Source: Longimicrobiales bacterium (GTDB lineage Bacteria > Gemmatimonadota > Gemmatimonadetes > Longimicrobiales > Gaopeijiaceae). From it: DNA of 64,000 nt. Made by a program: the position numbers and the translations under genes. This document shows, in pieces, positions 1-9,580 of this stretch. Below the pieces are notes generated by a model, which saw nothing but the letters and a program-made list of their open reading frames with translations, was not told where the DNA came from and did not search any database. Each line of letters opens with the position of its first letter. Position 1 is the stretch's first letter. The stretch is from NCBI GenBank assembly GCA_965197725.1, contig CBDANQ010000055.1, positions 28,117-92,116 on the forward strand. Direction: 5' to 3'.

Positions 1-1032
1 ACGTCGTCCTGGCCATCGACAATCTCCACGGACGAGCCATGGCGATCGCGGCGGTGCCAGTCGAGAGTGGTCTCTCCGATGAGGAGCTGAGGACTCGCTA
101 CGGAGACGCAGCGACGAAAACGAAGGACGTGATCGACCGCCTGGCCAAGGGGCCTGTGCCCGGACCGCTCGTGTTGGGCGACGAGCCCGATGTGGACCCT
201 CCTTTCGAAAGCGCGTCGACTCGGGAGGAATACGAGCACGGCGTGGAGCGGATCCGCGAGTACATCCGGGCCGGAGACGCCTTTCAGGTCGTGCTCAGCC
301 AGAGACTCGGCATCAGATTGGAGGCGACTCCCTTCGATGTCTACCGGGGACTGCGAAGCCTGAATCCGTCGCCCTACCTCTACTTCCTGGAGCTGGACGG
401 TGTGAGCCTCGTCGGCGCGTCCCCTGAGGTGCTCGTGAGGGTCGAAGACTCGACCGTCACGGTTCGACCCATCGCGGGGACACGGCCCCGCGGTCGAACG
501 CCGGAGAAAGAACGCGCCTTGGCAGAGGATTTGCTCCACGACGAGAAGGAGCTCGCAGAGCATCGAATGCTCTTGGACTTGGGGCGCAACGATGTCGGTC
601 GCGTCGCCGAGTATGGTTCCGTGACGGTGCCGGAGCTGATGGTCGTGGAGCGTTACTCGCACGTGATGCACCTCGTGAGTCAGGTCGAGGGGAAAGCTGC
701 GGTCCGGGCTCGGCGCGATCGACGTGTTTCGTGCGTGCTTCCCAGCGGGGACGCTGTCGGGCGCTCCCAAGGTGCGCGCCATGGAGATCATCGACGAGCT
801 GGAGCCGGTGCGGCGTGGTCCGTACGGCGGGGCAGTCGGCCACTTCAACTACGGCGGCATGAGCATGGATACCGCGATCACGATCCGCACGTTGGTCGCA
901 ACGGATGGGAATGCCTACGTGCAGGCGGGCGCGGGCATCGTTGCCGATAGCGACCCGTCACGAGAGTACGAGGAGACGCTCAGCAAGGCACGAGCGCTAC
1001 TCCAGGCCGTGGCGATGGTAAGCGTGAGTTAG
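1..1032 (+). CDS. trpE: Anthranilate synthase component I, 5'-partial, with a +1 frameshift near 693-695
   Basis: [41 protein letters not shown] and [11 protein letters not shown] in ORF 39-950; [17 protein letters not shown] and [10 protein letters not shown] continue in ORF 724-1032. Removing one A from GGGGAAAG joins the two frames. Confidence 0.93.
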
Positions 1033-1041
1033 CGTTAGCCG

Positions 1042-2418
1042 CTAGTCTCCGGCCGGCGCGCCCAGCTTCTCATAGAGCAGCGCCAGCGCGCCGATGCCCT
1101 TCTCGAAGTTCTCTACGGAAAGCCATTCGTTGGGAGCGTGTAAATTGCACCCGGGGAGCGAGAAGCCCAGGAGGAGTGCAGGGGCATCCAGACGCTCTTC
1201 GAACTCGACGACGATCGGGATCGAACCGCCGCCGCCCATCGGGACCGGCTTGGTGCCGAACGCTTCCTCCAGCGCTTTGGCGGCGGCCTCGAAGTACGGA
1301 CCCTTGATGCTCGCCTTCCAAGGGCGACCGCCGTGAAGTTCCTTCAGCTCCACAGTCACGCCGTCAGGGGTGACGTTCCGGAGGTGCGCCTCCAGCAGCT
1401 CTTTTACCCTGGCGTCCGTTTGATCCGGAACCAGGCGAAAGCTCACCTTGGCCATCGCGTGGTTTGGCAGTACGGTCTTCGCGCCCTCATCGGTATATCC
1501 ACAAAGCATGCCGTTGACGTCGCAGGTCGGCCGGATCCACAGACGCTCGAGCGTGCTGAAGCCCTTCTCGCCCCCGAGGGCGACGACGTCGAGCCCTTCC
1601 CGGAACTCGTCGTCCGAGTGGGGAAGCGCGGCGATTTGCTCGCGGGTCTCGGAGTCCCAGTCGACGACGTCCTCATAGAAGCCCGGCATCGCGATACGGC
1701 CTTGATCATCGTGGAGAGAGGCGATGATGAGCGACAGCGCGTTGCCGGGATTGATCACCGCGCCACCGAATTCTCCGGAGTGCAGGTCGCTGCGGGCGCC
1801 CCGCACGTGGATCTCGAAGTACGCGAGGCCTCTCAGCGAGAAGAGGAGGGAAGGCAGTCCCTCGGCGAACATGCCCGTGTCCGAGACGACCACGACGTCA
1901 CACGCGAGACGTTCCAAGTGAGCCTCGACGAACGGGACGAGGTTCGGCGAGCCGACCTCTTCCTCGCCTTCGGCGAGCACCAGGACGTTGACGGGCAGCG
2001 AGCCGCTCGTGGCAAGGTGGGCTTCGAGCGCCTTCACGTGCATGTAGAGCTGGCCCTTGTCGTCCGCTGAGCCGCGCGCGTAAATGCGACCCTCGCGTTC
2101 CGTGGGCTCGAAAGGAGGCGAGGTCCAGAGCTCCAGCGGCTCCGGTGGCTGCACGTCGTAATGCCCGTATACGAGCACGGTCGGAGCGTCCGCGCCGGCG
2201 CCACGCCACTCACCCAGCACGACCGGGTGACCCTCCGTGGCCATGACCTCCACCTCTAGCCCGGCTTCCTGCATACGCGCGGCCAGCCACTGCGCCGACC
2301 GAGTCGTTTCGTGGTCGTACTCCGACCTGGCGCTGATGGACGGAATGCGCAGGAAGTCGTACAGCTCCTCCCGAAAACGTCCGAGGTTGGTGTCGATAAA
2401 AGTCAGGGCGTCCGACAT
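1042..2418 (-). CDS. M20/M25/M40 family metallo-dipeptidase
   Basis: YGHYDVQP, ARGSADDKGQ, EGEEEVGS, DLHSG and HAPNE motifs. Confidence 0.93.
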   Translation of the reverse strand: MSDALTFIDTNLGRFREELYDFLRIPSISARSEYDHETTRSAQWLAARMQEAGLEVEVMATEGHPVVLGEWRGAGADAPTVLVYGHYDVQPPEPLELWTSPPFEPTEREGRIYARGSADDKGQLYMHVKALEAHLATSGSLPVNVLVLAEGEEEVGSPNLVPFVEAHLERLACDVVVVSDTGMFAEGLPSLLFSLRGLAYFEIHVRGARSDLHSGEFGGAVINPGNALSLIIASLHDDQGRIAMPGFYEDVVDWDSETREQIAALPHSDDEFREGLDVVALGGEKGFSTLERLWIRPTCDVNGMLCGYTDEGAKTVLPNHAMAKVSFRLVPDQTDARVKELLEAHLRNVTPDGVTVELKELHGGRPWKASIKGPYFEAAAKALEEAFGTKPVPMGGGGSIPIVVEFEERLDAPALLLGFSLPGCNLHAPNEWLSVENFEKGIGALALLYEKLGAPAGD

Positions 2419-2447
2419 TTCTTCAACGCTTCTAGTCGGACGTCTAG

Positions 2448-2665
2448 CAGTCCGTGGAAGAAATAGGTTCCCAGCGGATGATGGGTGGGAGAGAAGGCAG
2501 ACACGCGGGGGCTGTGTTGTTGTGCAAGAAGCGGGTTTTGGGGTCTAGGCGATATTCGGCCCAAGGAAGGCGAAATAGCGCCGAATACGGCGGAAAAAGC
2601 GCGAGACGCGGGTTGTAACCTGAGTTGCGAGCGCAGCTTGTACGGTAGCGAGGCCCTGTAACGCA
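2448..2665 (-). mobile_element. Right-end remnant (~220 bp) of the IS1182-like element
   Basis: Reverse complement of ~15752-15977 apart from two 4-bp deletions. The terminal IR CAGTCCGTGGAAGAAAT abuts CTAG at 2444-2447. Confidence 0.93.
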
Positions 2666-2931
2666 GACGAACGTCATCATTGCGGCGAAGACCGCCCCTC
2701 CCGCCATCCCGCTCCACCTTCTCGGCGCTCAGCGCCAATGGCTCGTACAGGTGGGCTCGAAGATCCCGACGCCGAGCATGCCTCCGATGACTGCCGCGAA
2801 AGAGCCAAGCACGGCGATCACGACGCTGTGTCCCTGCGTTTCCTCCGGCCGCTTGACGGGAGTGCCTTCATCGTAAGGCCGATCACGGCCCCCATCACGA
2901 TCCAAATCGCTACGCCGATCCAGTTCTGCAT
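2666..2931 (-). pseudogene. Small hydrophobic membrane protein, frameshifted and 3'-truncated by the IS remnant
   Basis: Consecutive pieces in different frames: MQNWIGVAIWIVMGAVIGLTMKAL / KRPEETQGHSVVIAVLGSFAAVIGGMLGVGIFE / GMAGGAVFAAMMTFV, followed by IS sequence. Confidence 0.65.
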
Positions 2932-3303
2932 GTCGCGCCACTGACCCCGTGATGCCCCGCTGCGTGCTCTTCCACATGTTGTTTCGGGACCGGCAAATCT
3001 ACCCGAAGCCCTTCGGGAGAGCCAGACTCCCGGCCGCACCCACACGGTCGTTGACGCGCGCAGCGGGTCGCATTTTCTTGGTCCAATGAGCGACGCTGTG
3101 TCCCTGCGTTTCCTCCGGCCGCTTGAGATCATCGATCCAGTTCTGCATGTCGCGCCACTGACCCCGTGAATGCGTGCTCTTCCACATGTTGTTTCGGGAC
3201 CGGCAAATCTACCCGAAGCCCTTCGGGAGAGCCAGACTCCCGGCCGCACCCACACGGTCGTTGACGCGCGCAGCGGGTCGCATTTTCTTGGTCCAATGAG
3301 CGA
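2821..3303. repeat. Imperfect, internally deleted tandem duplication
   Basis: 2961-3093 = 3171-3303 (133 bp); 2821-2856 = 3091-3126; 2916-2952 matches 3133-3169. Confidence 0.92.
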
Positions 3304-3787
3304 TGAGATCATCGACCTGACCCAGTATCTCAACCGGGAGTCGAAAGAGGAGCAGCCCTCGCGGGGGGCGTTCGCGCTGTGGGGGGCGGATGGTGAACGG
3401 TCCCGGTTCGCCCTACCGCTGTGGCGCACCATCTACCTGGGACAAGGGGAGCGCGGCGCGATCGTGTGGCGCGACAGTTCTGGAGACGATGCTGCTCACG
3501 CGTTTGTCGTGCTCGACCTCGGTCAAGATCCCGCGCGGCTGGAGGTCGACCAAGCTGCGGTTCCGCTGTCGGAGGACGGTGAACCGCCCGCCTTGCACGA
3601 TTACGGAGCTGCGGGCGTCACCATCTTCCTCGGTGCCCGAGGGGACCGAATCTGGCACCTGGTAGTGGACGGCGGTGACAAGAGGGTTGGCGAACTCTCC
3701 GCGAAGAGCCGGGAGGACATCCTCTTTTTGGCCGGTGAGTGTGCGGGACTGCTCTTCTTGAGGGACTTCGGCGGCAAGGCGCCGTAG
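3296..3787 (+). CDS. Hypothetical protein
   Basis: ORF from MSDEIIDLTQYLNRE with protein-like composition; converges on the PspA-like gene. Confidence 0.75.
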   Translation: MSDEIIDLTQYLNRESKEEQPSRGAFALWGADGERSRFALPLWRTIYLGQGERGAIVWRDSSGDDAAHAFVVLDLGQDPARLEVDQAAVPLSEDGEPPALHDYGAAGVTIFLGARGDRIWHLVVDGGDKRVGELSAKSREDILFLAGECAGLLFLRDFGGKAP

Positions 3788-3816
3788 CAGCCCGTGGTAG
3801 AACTAAGACTAGACGA

Positions 3817-4485
3817 CTAGTCCTGGCCCATCCGGCGCTTGAGCTCTGCCAGGCGCGCGTCGTAGTCCGGCTCTGGTAGCGGCGCCTCGTTCAGGTCGAT
3901 GTGGTAGTCCGACTGCTTTGGACCCAGGTCCAGATCCGGGAACGCCTCGGCCGCCTCACCCTTGGCGCGCTCATCGTCGATCTTCCCGGCCATGCGGTCG
4001 AGTTCGCTGAAGAGATCGTCCGCCGCCGATATCGACTCGCGTGCGCCCGACCGTCCGGCAGTAGCCGACAGCGAGTCACGTTTGGCCTGAGCCTCCTTGA
4101 CCTTCTCCATCATCTCTTCGACCTCCTCTCGACGGAAGTCGAGCTCGGCCTTGAGTGCCTTCGCCTTCTGCTCGAGCAACTGCTGATGTTCCTCGTGCTT
4201 CTCGGCGAACTGGGCGGCGACGTCCGCCGTCTCGGAGTCGCCGATTTCGCGGGCCATCCGCTCGCGTCGCCGACAGGTCGCGGCCTCGGCCTTCTCCTTC
4301 TCCGTCTCCGACAGAGCTTTTCCGATCTGGCTCTCGAGGTTCGCGACCTCGGCTTTCACGTCGGTGATCTCGTCGACCATGCCGCCGATCAGGCGATTGA
4401 CCGTCTCCGGGACATGTTCCCGGTTCAGCTCCTTGTTGAAGTTCTCGTACGCTTCGCGGAACGCGGATCTCAAATCTTCGAACAT
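3817..4485 (-). CDS. PspA/IM30 family protein
   Basis: Long E/K/A-rich coiled coil, DDLFSELDRMAGKI segment and C-terminal DARLAELKRRMG. Confidence 0.82.
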   Translation of the reverse strand: MFEDLRSAFREAYENFNKELNREHVPETVNRLIGGMVDEITDVKAEVANLESQIGKALSETEKEKAEAATCRRRERMAREIGDSETADVAAQFAEKHEEHQQLLEQKAKALKAELDFRREEVEEMMEKVKEAQAKRDSLSATAGRSGARESISAADDLFSELDRMAGKIDDERAKGEAAEAFPDLDLGPKQSDYHIDLNEAPLPEPDYDARLAELKRRMGQD

Positions 4486-4506
4486 TGCCCTGGCAGGTGG
4501 GGCGCT

Positions 4507-5136
4507 TCAGTTGAGGAAGGGCGCGATACGCTGGGCGAACGAATTCCGCGCGCGGTGCAAGCGGCTCTTCACGGTTCCGAGGTTCACTCCCGTTATCTCC
4601 GAGATCTCCTCGTAGCTCTTCCCTTCCAGCTCGCGAAGGCGGAAGACGAGACGGTGGTGCTCCGGCAGTTCCTTCACCGTGTCTTCGACGAGTCGCCGCA
4701 GGAACCGCTTCCGGTAAAGGTCGTCCGGGCGCATCGAGTAGTCCTCGAACTGCAGAGGACGGTGGTCGTCATCCCAGTTGCTCGTGAGCCTCTGAAAGAG
4801 CACGAGCGGGCTTCTGGACCGGTTGCGCAGTTCATTCTTGGCCAGATTGCTCGCGATCGTATAGACCCAAGTCGAGAACTTCTTCGACGTGTCGAAACGG
4901 TGGAGGTGCCTCGTCACTCGGATGAACGCCTCCTGCACGAGGTCCTGCGCCCGATCACCATCACCGGTCTTGCGCGTGATGAAGTGGATGAGCCGGTCCC
5001 GGTACCGATCGTACAGACGCTGGAACGCGCCAGGACGTCCGTCCAGATGCACGGTGACCAGCTGCTCGTCGGTTAGGTCCTCCAGCGGTGTGGCCTGCAG
5101 GAATTCACGGAGCTGTTTGGGGTTGGCGTCGACCAT
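4507..5136 (-). CDS. ECF sigma-70 factor
   Basis: Region 2 AQDLVQEAFIRV and FSTWVYTIASN; region 4 LEGKSYEEISEITGVNLGTVKSRLHRAR. Start set at MVDANPK; the ORF is open to 5241. Confidence 0.95.
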   Translation of the reverse strand: MVDANPKQLREFLQATPLEDLTDEQLVTVHLDGRPGAFQRLYDRYRDRLIHFITRKTGDGDRAQDLVQEAFIRVTRHLHRFDTSKKFSTWVYTIASNLAKNELRNRSRSPLVLFQRLTSNWDDDHRPLQFEDYSMRPDDLYRKRFLRRLVEDTVKELPEHHRLVFRLRELEGKSYEEISEITGVNLGTVKSRLHRARNSFAQRIAPFLN

Positions 5137-5161
5137 GTCCCGGAGCTTCTCAGTCGCTAGT

Positions 5162-5176
5162 CGAGAATCATTCTCA
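5162..5176. promoter_or_regulatory. Fur-box-like palindrome
   Basis: CGAGAAT-C-ATTCTCA, about 26-40 bp upstream of the ECF start; resembles the 7-1-7 TGATAATnATTATCA box. Confidence 0.5.
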
Positions 5177-5642
5177 TTTCTGTACTGAAGATACCTCAGA
5201 TCGGCCTGTTTTCCAGGCCGACCAGGACCCCTCGTTCGCAAACGCCCTCATAGAGGGCCTGTTCCGGTGCTGGAATCCGGTCGCGGGAAGCGAGAGCCTC
5301 CTCCGCCGCGCGTGCCGCTAAGCTAGGGGAATTCGCAGATGGCGCGGTACGGGCCGGGACCTTCGCGCAAGCGAAAGCGGGGGAGACAAAGACTCTCAAT
5401 GGCATGAAGAACCAGCCCCCCCAGGGTGGGCCACGAGAAACCTCTGCACTCGCCCCGCTCACGCTCAGCTCGGAACCAGGGTTCCAAACGTACCTCCTAT
5501 ATACCGCACACACGTCGAGGTGTCACTCTCATATTGGTACATCGTGTAGGAAAAGCTGAAAATCCACGAAAGCCGTGCGTTGCAGCGAGGCTCGAGCGCT
5601 GTGAGATTGCTTCCGAGTGACCCCCACAAGGCCGGGAGCGAG

Positions 5643-6314
5643 TTGACCGACTCCACCCCAACCCGACGCGTGCAAGCCATCGTTGGATTGCGTCTGCTCG
5701 AGATGATCCGAGATCAGGACCTCCCTGGCGAGATCCTGGAGGCGGAAGATCCGACGCAAACCATGCCTCGCCGACTGGGCCTGAGCGACGTGGTCGACCG
5801 CCAGATCCGTACTTATCGGAGAGATGTGAAGAAAGGAGTCCGCCTCGCGGACGCGGAGGTGCTGGACCTCTTCCGACTGGTCATCCGGCGGCCCGACGGC
5901 GAAGAGGTCTTCTACGGTGCCGGGCAGCTCCTCGCTTCGATGGAGCGCCCGAGCCGGTGGACGCGAGTCGTGCCTCAGCGCGTTCAATACGCTGTGGCAC
6001 GCGGGAGGGTCAAGCGACGCCTCAAGCGGCTCTTTGGGCGCCGCGTCGGAGGTTTCGGCCGAGGCCCATTCTCGGTGGAAGGGAGAGCGCTCGTCTTTAT
6101 CGAGAGTGATCCGGGAGGAGAGGCTTGTCACCTCCTGTCCGGCTTCTGCCAGGAGATCCTCGAGCAAACCGGAGGAGGCTTGGTCCAAGTGAAGCACACC
6201 CTCTGCCAGGCACGTGGCGACGACCACTGTCGATGGGAGGGGACGTTCATCGACAAGCCGGCCGAGGACATGCGATCCAGGGGCGGACTCCGCCGAGCGC
6301 GTGGGGGCTGTTGA
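5643..6314 (+). CDS. Stand-alone V4R (4-vinyl reductase) domain protein
   Basis: C-terminal ACHLLSGFCQEIL...VKHTLCQARGDDHCRWEG pattern; start uncertain (TTG 5643 or 5580). Confidence 0.75.
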   Translation: MTDSTPTRRVQAIVGLRLLEMIRDQDLPGEILEAEDPTQTMPRRLGLSDVVDRQIRTYRRDVKKGVRLADAEVLDLFRLVIRRPDGEEVFYGAGQLLASMERPSRWTRVVPQRVQYAVARGRVKRRLKRLFGRRVGGFGRGPFSVEGRALVFIESDPGGEACHLLSGFCQEILEQTGGGLVQVKHTLCQARGDDHCRWEGTFIDKPAEDMRSRGGLRRARGGC

Positions 6315-6436
6315 ATCGTAGAGAAGGGCCGGTGGTGGTGGAGGTGTGGCGCAACGTGGCCCCGGAGCGTCATATGGTGATGCTCGCGGAGCTACTGGGG
6401 GCCTGACGGGGTCCGCTTCAATCGTATTGGAGCAGT

Positions 6437-7300
6437 ATGGAGATCGGGATAGGAATCGCCATTTGGGTCGTGCTCGCCACTGGGATCGTACTCGGCGTCG
6501 CGGGCTTTCTGTTGGGACGCTCCGGGGCGCATTCGGCTGGAGTCGGGGAGGGGCGCGCTGAGGCAGAGCGGTGCCTCGCCCGAGCGGCCGACTCCATCCG
6601 TCGGGGTCGACGCCCTCAGGCCGCCGCCGGCTCGCCGGAGGAAGAGCTGTACACCGCGCTGGAGCAAGGCTGGGCCCCTCGGGAGACCGAGCGTCAGGCG
6701 GCTCTGAAAGAGGCGATCGGACGCGTGAGCGTGTTCCTGGATGCGAGCGTGCGCGGTCCGCTCGCGGGCGCAGGTCGCGAGGCACGTGCCGGTGAGTTGC
6801 GTGAACGCATCCAGCGCGCGCTCGGCGCCCTTGAGGACTTAAACTTCTTTCTTGAGGAGCCCGCCGGCGAGAGCGAAGGCCACGACCTCGTGCCGCTGGT
6901 GCAGCGCGTGACTCGCGACTTTGCCGCGGACCAGGACGTGGGAGTACGGATCCAATTGGCGGAGGCCTCGGTGCGCGCCACTGTGAATGCCCAAGTGCTC
7001 ATGGACAGCCTGTACCTCATCCTCCACAACGCCGGCCGCTTCGGAGGTGGCACGACGGTCGACGTTACGGTCCAAGCCGTCGACGGTCGCGCTCTGGTCA
7101 CCGTGCGAGACCGCGGCGAGGGCTTTACTGAGGAGGCGTTCAAGCGGGCGTTCGACCCGTTCTACTCGACGTCGAGGGAGGGGCTCGGGCTGGGTCTGCC
7201 CCACGCACGTACACTCATCGAGGGCATGGGGGGACGCGTGGAGCTACGCAACGTCCCGGACGGTGGCGCTGAGGTCGAGGTATCGTTCGCGCGTAACTGA
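6437..7300 (+). CDS. Membrane-anchored HATPase_c protein (histidine-kinase-like, no H-box His)
   Basis: N-terminal TM; N box ILHNAGRF, G1 VRDRGEGF, F box FDPFYST, G2 GLGLGL. Confidence 0.85.
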   Translation: MEIGIGIAIWVVLATGIVLGVAGFLLGRSGAHSAGVGEGRAEAERCLARAADSIRRGRRPQAAAGSPEEELYTALEQGWAPRETERQAALKEAIGRVSVFLDASVRGPLAGAGREARAGELRERIQRALGALEDLNFFLEEPAGESEGHDLVPLVQRVTRDFAADQDVGVRIQLAEASVRATVNAQVLMDSLYLILHNAGRFGGGTTVDVTVQAVDGRALVTVRDRGEGFTEEAFKRAFDPFYSTSREGLGLGLPHARTLIEGMGGRVELRNVPDGGAEVEVSFARN

Positions 7301-7310
7301 CCTGCGCCGG

Positions 7311-8219
7311 TTACGGACCTGCGCGGTGCCGTGTCACTCCCACGCCGGCAACGCCCGAGACCACCAACACGATTCCAAGCCAACCCACGGACCGCAGACC
7401 CTGGCCCAGAAGTAGGGTTGCGAGCAACGCGGCCACGGCCGGTTCGATCGCCGTCGCGAGAGAGGCTCGGCTCGCCTCGATCCTCGCCAATGCATCGAAG
7501 CATAGGAACTGGGCGAGTGCGATCGTGGCGGCGCCGAAAACAAAGATTAGCCCCCACGCGGTTCCGGTGTCCGGAAGCTTGATTGTGCCCTCGGTGGACA
7601 GGAGGGTCGCGGTGAGGATGACGCACGCGCCGATCGTGCTGTAGACCACGGTAGGCACGGCGCCATAACGCGGGCTCGCGAAGCGACCGAGGAGCGTGTA
7701 GGCGGCATAGCTGAGGCCGGCCAGCGCTCCCCAGGCCAGTCCGGCGGAACCGAAAGTCGCCGGAACGTCATCGGCGCCCGCGACGGAGAGCCAAACGCCG
7801 AAGAGCGTCACGACCACGAGAGTCACCCGAGTGCGGGTAGGCCACTCGCCCAGGAGCGGCCCCGCTGCCGCGACCACGACCGCCGGTGCCAAGTACAGCA
7901 GCGCGACAGTCGTGGGCACTCCGACCGCATCGGTCGACAGCTGGTATGCCAACTGGAAGATGCCGAACACGACACCACCTCCGAGCCCGAGAACGAGAAG
8001 TCCGGTGCGGCTTACGCGCAACGACGCAGGGCGTAGGACGCCGAACACGGAAACCAAGACGAGCGCGCCGACCACTGGACGAAGCAGAGCCACACTCTCG
8101 GGCGGCACACCCATGCGGAAGAGGTGCACAGCAAAGATGCCGGAGGACCCCCAGAGGCACGCCGCTACGATCGCCTCCAGGTATCCGAGCCGGCGACCCC
8201 CGGAAGGGCTCTCGCTCAC
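7311..8219 (-). CDS. DMT/EamA family transporter
   Basis: About 10 hydrophobic helices in two repeats; CLWGSSG, LLYLAP and AIEPAVA motifs. Confidence 0.9.
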   Translation of the reverse strand: MSESPSGGRRLGYLEAIVAACLWGSSGIFAVHLFRMGVPPESVALLRPVVGALVLVSVFGVLRPASLRVSRTGLLVLGLGGGVVFGIFQLAYQLSTDAVGVPTTVALLYLAPAVVVAAAGPLLGEWPTRTRVTLVVVTLFGVWLSVAGADDVPATFGSAGLAWGALAGLSYAAYTLLGRFASPRYGAVPTVVYSTIGACVILTATLLSTEGTIKLPDTGTAWGLIFVFGAATIALAQFLCFDALARIEASRASLATAIEPAVAALLATLLLGQGLRSVGWLGIVLVVSGVAGVGVTRHRAGP

Positions 8220-8653
8220 CTGTATCCGTACACCTGGTAAAGGAGCACGTAGACGACCAGACCGGTCACCGAAACGTACGCCCAGATGGGAAAGGTCCAG
8301 CGCGCGAGCCGAGCGTGATTCCGGAAGCGGCGTCGCCTGACGAGATACACGAGGCGCAGCGCGAGCGGAACGACCAACACCGCGAGCGCGATGTGGGAGA
8401 ACAGGATCGAGAAGTACACGGCCCTTGCCGCTCCCTCGCCGGCGAATTCGTGGATGCCCGTGAACGCGACGCGGGTCACGTAGAAGGTCAAGAAGAGGGC
8501 CGAGGTGGTGAGGGCGATCAGCATCGCCCTGCGGTGCATGTGCAGAGACCTCTGCCTCACGAAGTAGAACCCGGTGAAGAGCGCCACGGCGCTGGTCGCG
8601 TTCAGGCTCGCGTTGACGAGTGCGAGCATGTCCCCGATGTGAGCGCGATCCAC
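8216..8653 (-). CDS. DUF420 family membrane protein (cytochrome oxidase assembly-associated)
   Basis: NASLN, HRRAML, SALFLTFY, ILFSHIALA and HARLARWTFPIWAYVSVTG; directly downstream of ctaA. GTG start inferred. Confidence 0.88.
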   Translation of the reverse strand: MDRAHIGDMLALVNASLNATSAVALFTGFYFVRQRSLHMHRRAMLIALTTSALFLTFYVTRVAFTGIHEFAGEGAARAVYFSILFSHIALAVLVVPLALRLVYLVRRRRFRNHARLARWTFPIWAYVSVTGLVVYVLLYQVYGYR

Positions 8654-8660
8654 GAGACGC

Positions 8661-9575
8661 TCAGGCCGCCTGGGTCTGTGAAGCCCGTGTGGGAGTCTCG
8701 GCGGCCACACGTGCGAGTGTCACCAAGTGGACGAGGGCGGTGAGCAGAGCGGCGGCGCCCAGCGTGTGGAAGGAGACCGGAATCACGGCCAGCACCGTGA
8801 GTACTGATAGAAAGCCCAGTGACACCTGGGCGATGGCCAGACCGGCGGCGAGCAGCACCGACGTGCGTACGGCGGCGGTCGTGCCGTGGCGCACGACCCA
8901 GATCGCGAGCCACACGAGCGCTACGAGTGCGAGCATCCCGACCACCCGGTGCCCGAAGTGGAGAATGATGGGCGTGTTCACGAGCGGCGGAACGAGGCGG
9001 CCGAGACAGAGTGGGGCGTCTGGACACGCCATGCCCGCGTCGGCGTGGCGAACGAGCCCACCGATCACGGATTGGAGAAAGACCAGGACGGTTACTGCCG
9101 TGGCGAACTTGATGACCCGGCCCGCGACCCCGGCGTCCAGCGGTGAGGCTTCCCGTGACCAGCTCGTCGCGGACGCGAGGACGGTGGCCAATACCAGGAA
9201 CAGCAGGGCCAAGCCCAGGTGGGTGGTCGACACCAGGTCCGGCAGCTGGTAGATGACGGTGAGTCCCCCGACCGCCGCCTGGATGACGAGTAGCGCCATC
9301 CCTGCCAGGCAGGCTTTGAAGATCCACGGGCAGTCGGCGGTTTCCTTTCTGGCCAGCCATGTCGCGAGACCGAACATGAGCAGGAGCCCTCCCGCGACGA
9401 GGCGGTGGAGGTGCTCCCAGAAGACGCCGCCCGACATCTCGGGAAGTATGGTGCCGAAACAAGTGGGCCAATCGGGGCAGGCCAGGCTCGACTCCGTCGC
9501 GTGCACGACGCTCCCCAGATACAACAGGAGGAGAGTCCACGCGACGGTCACGGTGAACGCACGTCTGTGAAGCAT
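8661..9575 (-). CDS. ctaA: Heme A synthase (COX15/CtaA)
   Basis: SSLACPDWPTCFG, WEHLHRL, GGLVRH, GMACPDAPLC and HFGHR. Confidence 0.92.
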   Translation of the reverse strand: MLHRRAFTVTVAWTLLLLYLGSVVHATESSLACPDWPTCFGTILPEMSGGVFWEHLHRLVAGGLLLMFGLATWLARKETADCPWIFKACLAGMALLVIQAAVGGLTVIYQLPDLVSTTHLGLALLFLVLATVLASATSWSREASPLDAGVAGRVIKFATAVTVLVFLQSVIGGLVRHADAGMACPDAPLCLGRLVPPLVNTPIILHFGHRVVGMLALVALVWLAIWVVRHGTTAAVRTSVLLAAGLAIAQVSLGFLSVLTVLAVIPVSFHTLGAAALLTALVHLVTLARVAAETPTRASQTQAA

Positions 9576-9580
9576 CTGGA

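Noticed and set aside
2821..3303. CRISPR array
   Set aside because: Only two long copies; no short regular repeats with unique spacers and no cas genes.
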